Shown: one piece after another, positions 60,431-64,000 of the stretch
Position numbering within the stretch: position 1 is the first letter of the stretch
Layout of the letters: each line of letters begins with the position of its first letter
Source of the DNA: Sphagnum compactum
Lineage: Eukaryota
DNA: 64,000 bases
Direction: 5' to 3'
Assembly: GCA_965153455.1 (NCBI GenBank)
Contig: OZ234493.1
Span: forward strand, 1,612,001-1,676,000
Notes under the pieces: generated by a model
Databases searched by the model: none
What the model saw: the letters and a program-made list of their open reading frames with translations, nothing else
Told to the model about the DNA's origin: nothing
Position numbers and translations under genes: made by a program

Positions 60431-61220
60431 CACCACCACTTCACCAGCAGGCAGCTCTTGGGGTGTACTTTGTTGCTTCTCCTGAGCTGGTTCTTCTCAG
60501 CGTTCAGTACTCTTCTTCCACAACCCTTGTTTCCATCCTTCACAGTCTTCTTCTGGATCTGCTTCTGGACCACCAGCAGCAGCTAACATCATCACCACAA
60601 CAGCAACAACCACCACCACAACCACCTCTCCAAAACTGCATCATGAATTGTATGGGTTTCTTATGGGAACTAGTCAAACAAACCCATTGCAGCAAATTTT
60701 GCAACACTTCTTCTGCCATTGGTAACACAAAAGGTAGTATAGTACATGACTAACTCTGTGAGGGACCCAATACCCAATGCTTCCTCCCTTCTGTTTTCTT
60801 TTGTTTTTTGGGCTTTCTAAAAACTGGAGTAGCCTAGTATGGAATTGTGTTCTTGCAAAATTCTTTGAACCCAATCTATCAGTCAGTCAGTCAGTCCACC
60901 ACACCAACCAAACAAATCGGCCAAACACAAAACTGCAAGAAGAGCAAGCTCCCAATTCCTTCTTCTTGAGCTTCACAGTTTCCAACCACACCATGTGCAA
61001 TTCAAGCTCACCAAAAACATGCATTCCTTTTTATTTTTTCCTTTCCTTTTTTTGGGTCCTTTTGTTTTGCCATTCTTATTTCTCGGAAGAGTAAGCTGCT
61101 CAGAGACTGGCGCTTCTGAGCTTGCTTTCAAAAGCCTGCCATGGGTCGCCCCACCACCCCCTTACCCATTTCTCACTTTTCCACAAAAGAAAAACAAACA
61201 AAAAATAAAACAAAAAAAAG

Positions 61221-61494
61221 GAGCTGAAATTCACTTGTAGAGAGCTGCTAAAATTCCCAATGGAAACATAGAGTTTCCCAACACAATGGATTTTAGCCCA
61301 AAAGCTCCCCCTCAGCCCATGTGGTGATGAGCTCAAATTCACAATGGAAGCATCAAGTTTCCCAACAACACAAGGGGTTTGGTCCAAAAAGTCCCCCATT
61401 TGGTGATGAGCTGAAAATTCATAGTAGGAACAACATCAAGTTTCCCAACATACCTAATGGATTTAAGCCCCAAAAAAGCCCCCAATTTGGTGAT
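61221..61494. repeat. Degenerate tandem repeat, about 80-100-bp unit, 3 copies
   Basis: gagct.aaattca...agtttcccaaca...ccaaaa...cccc..ttggtgat repeated three times upstream of the RING gene. Confidence 0.8.
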
Positions 61495-63570
61495 CCATGC
61501 CATCCCTAACTTACCCTTAGTTTAGGCCTTAGTTTAGGTCTTTTCTTTTTTTTGGTTTTGTTTTGGGGGGGTAGTTTGTGAGTTCATCCAAAGTTCAATT
61601 GTATTTTATTGCCCCCAGTTTGATTAGGTCCATCATGACAATGCCCTTCTTTTTTTCCCTTGTAGCTTTTTTGCTCACAATTTATCCATTGCCAATAAAA
61701 CAAAAGAACATGTTTTTAACATGTTGGTTCTCAACATGGAATAGTATTCCATGTTGGTTGGCTACATTTGTTTTTGCACATCTCAACTCTCAAGTAGAGC
61801 AATTATTGGATGTTGAACACATTCCATTTCTTCTTGAGCTTCATCCATATATCATCTGTATATATTTTTGAAAATTTTACATTTTTCTTTTTTTTGGGGA
61901 GGGTGGGGGCGGGGAAGGGCACACAAATGAACAAAATTCAATGTGAAGAGAAAGGAAAACACTAACCCTAGCAAGGTTTAGGGAGCGCCATCACACATCA
62001 AGCCACCCAAATAGTTACTTAAAACCTCTACGACACCCACGACGCCCATCATGACGCCATTTAACAAATTTGCTAGACTTGACACATAACCGGGTGTACA
62101 CCCCCAACATTTGACAAATCCATTATGTATTTCCTCGAGCTTTATAGACAAAACCAAATGAATCCGTTCAATTCAGATTGTCCATGTTACAAAGCCTCTA
62201 AGTAAGGCCCATGGCTCTTCAACCTCCACAAAACATCTTGGGACTTTGAGTGCAAACTTGATGCAATGCATATAATGCATTAGAGTTGTTCTAGTTTGGT
62301 GACAAGTCTGACGTATCCCGGTTGTTCCTCTGAGGGCATTGTGAATTTCTCACAAATCTCGTCTTTGGTGGCAAACCTACCAAAACCTAACAAATTGTGA
62401 GGGAAAAAGAATCGCAAGCAATTTAGACAATTACCTACCCAATGTTGATTTTTTCAATGGGATAGTTTGGTGACATCTTTAGTCTAGAGGAAAATAACTA
62501 TTGGCAAAGAATTTGGGATAGAAAGTAGCATTATTTGAACCTATGGGACACCCAATTTGAAGTTTGAAATTGCTTTGGAAATGGCCATCTCTTTTACTTC
62601 CATTATCCGAGTCAATTTCATCACCAACTACATAACTCACTTTTTAGCACCGTAATAATACCTTTTCAGGTTCAGCAGTATTTTTCATTTTTCATTTTTT
62701 TAAATTCCAAAATTTTAAGAAATTATTTGTTTAAGGTGTCGAAATTTAAGTAAATTACAAGAGTGGGTAAAATACAAGAATTGGTGAAAACTCAGGAGCT
62801 TCTCTTTTGGGTTGTTTTGTAATAGAAATTGTTGAAAAAGGTCTCATTATGTTAAAGATCTAGAGTCTAGAAAACCTGGCAAAGAAGCTCCCTATATTTA
62901 TTGCCTAAATTTCTTTTTTTTTAAAATTAATTGCCCAAATGGATTTTTAAAAATAAAATAATTATTCGATGCTCAAGTGCCAAATCTGAAAAGGTAATAT
63001 GATATAATTTACAACTCCTATGCTTTAGGGTTCCCATATGTTTTCAACTTGTTGCTTTATTACTAGGTTCCATTCAATGATTTTATTTTTTTCAAAAAAA
63101 ATCATTTCTTGGACAAAAACAATTGGGGAATGTTTTTTAAATTTAAATTTGCCTGATTTTGCTAATTTTTTGGAAATGTTAGCCAATTTTCTTAAGAGAC
63201 AAAATCAGGGGAAAATGATAGTCCCATAATAATCCTAAATTTTCAGACTCACATTTAATTCACCCCAACAAGGGTATTATTTAAGTGAGGTTGCATGGAC
63301 CCCAAAACCCCATATCTTGCAATGGGAGTGGCTATGAAATCACAATCCCTGGGACGAAAAACATCACATTGCAACACCTACCACACATTGTTAAACTACT
63401 TGTGATTAGAATATTGTTAAACTACTTACATTGCATGGCCCAACCAACCAAGTCCTCCTCCCCCAAAAACATGTGGTAAAGAAAGATGTCTATTAGGCTA
63501 TTGTGTTTTCCTTTTCCATGCGAAAAGAACATAACATTGCACATCATATGGCTTAATTAGGTTTGCAAAT

Positions 63571-64000
63571 TACACTCACAAAGTGGATAAACCCTAAACC
63601 ACTTAAACCATTTAGGTGCACAACATTGGTTTCACATTGGTTTGTGATGGGCCCTTTGGCAAAGAAAAACACCCTAAAAGACTTGTGAGTATTATTGTAC
63701 TATTGTTTTTCTTAAGGGATTTACACTTACAAAGTGGATAAATTCTACACCACCTAAACCATTTACATGCACAAAATTGGTTTCACATTGGTTTGTGATG
63801 TGCCCTTTGGCATAGAACAAAAAACCCTAAAAGACTTGTGGGTATTATTGTACTATTGTTTTCCTTAAGTCATGTACACTTACAAAGTGGATAAATTCTA
63901 CACCACCTAAACCATTTTACATGCACAACATTGGTTTAACATTGGTTTGTGATGGGCCCTTTGGCATAGAAAAAAAAAACCCTAAAAGACTTGTGGTATC
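63571..64000. repeat. Satellite-like tandem repeat, about 152-bp unit, at least 2.8 copies, runs off the window
   Basis: tacact.acaaagtggataaa...cattggtttgtgatg.gccctttggca...ccctaaaagacttgtg starting at about 63571, 63722 and 63875. Confidence 0.93.

Overview
Eukaryotic nuclear DNA from a land plant. The AT-rich repeats and intron style suggest a moss such as Sphagnum, but that is inference. There are five recognisable spliced loci. (1) A 14-exon malectin-like/LRR receptor-like kinase (701-10193, +) disabled by frameshifts and a stop; its LRR-I/SYMRK-type ectodomain appears joined to an LRR-VIII-2/DUF26-type kinase. (2) A MEA1-family gene (-). (3) A plastid-targeted NifU-C-fold protein lacking CxxC (-). 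(4) A family-1 UDP-glycosyltransferase with an atypical PSPG box (+). (5) A RING-CH/MARCH membrane E3 ligase (-). The intergenic space holds a full-length but mutated Galadriel-like Ty3/gypsy chromovirus (22896-29825; 821-bp LTRs, GGATG TSD, duplicated PPT block). It also holds two Tourist/Harbinger MITEs, two elements with unusual GGTGAAAGCA termini (one nested inside a MITE TIR), copia-gag and RLE-LINE relics, and a Helitron-like relic with a C2H2 finger and a palindromic GGTATTGCA array. Several tandem repeats and a miRNA-like intronic hairpin are also present. No tRNA, rRNA or CRISPR features were seen. Exon models were derived by hand from GT-AG sites and reading frame.
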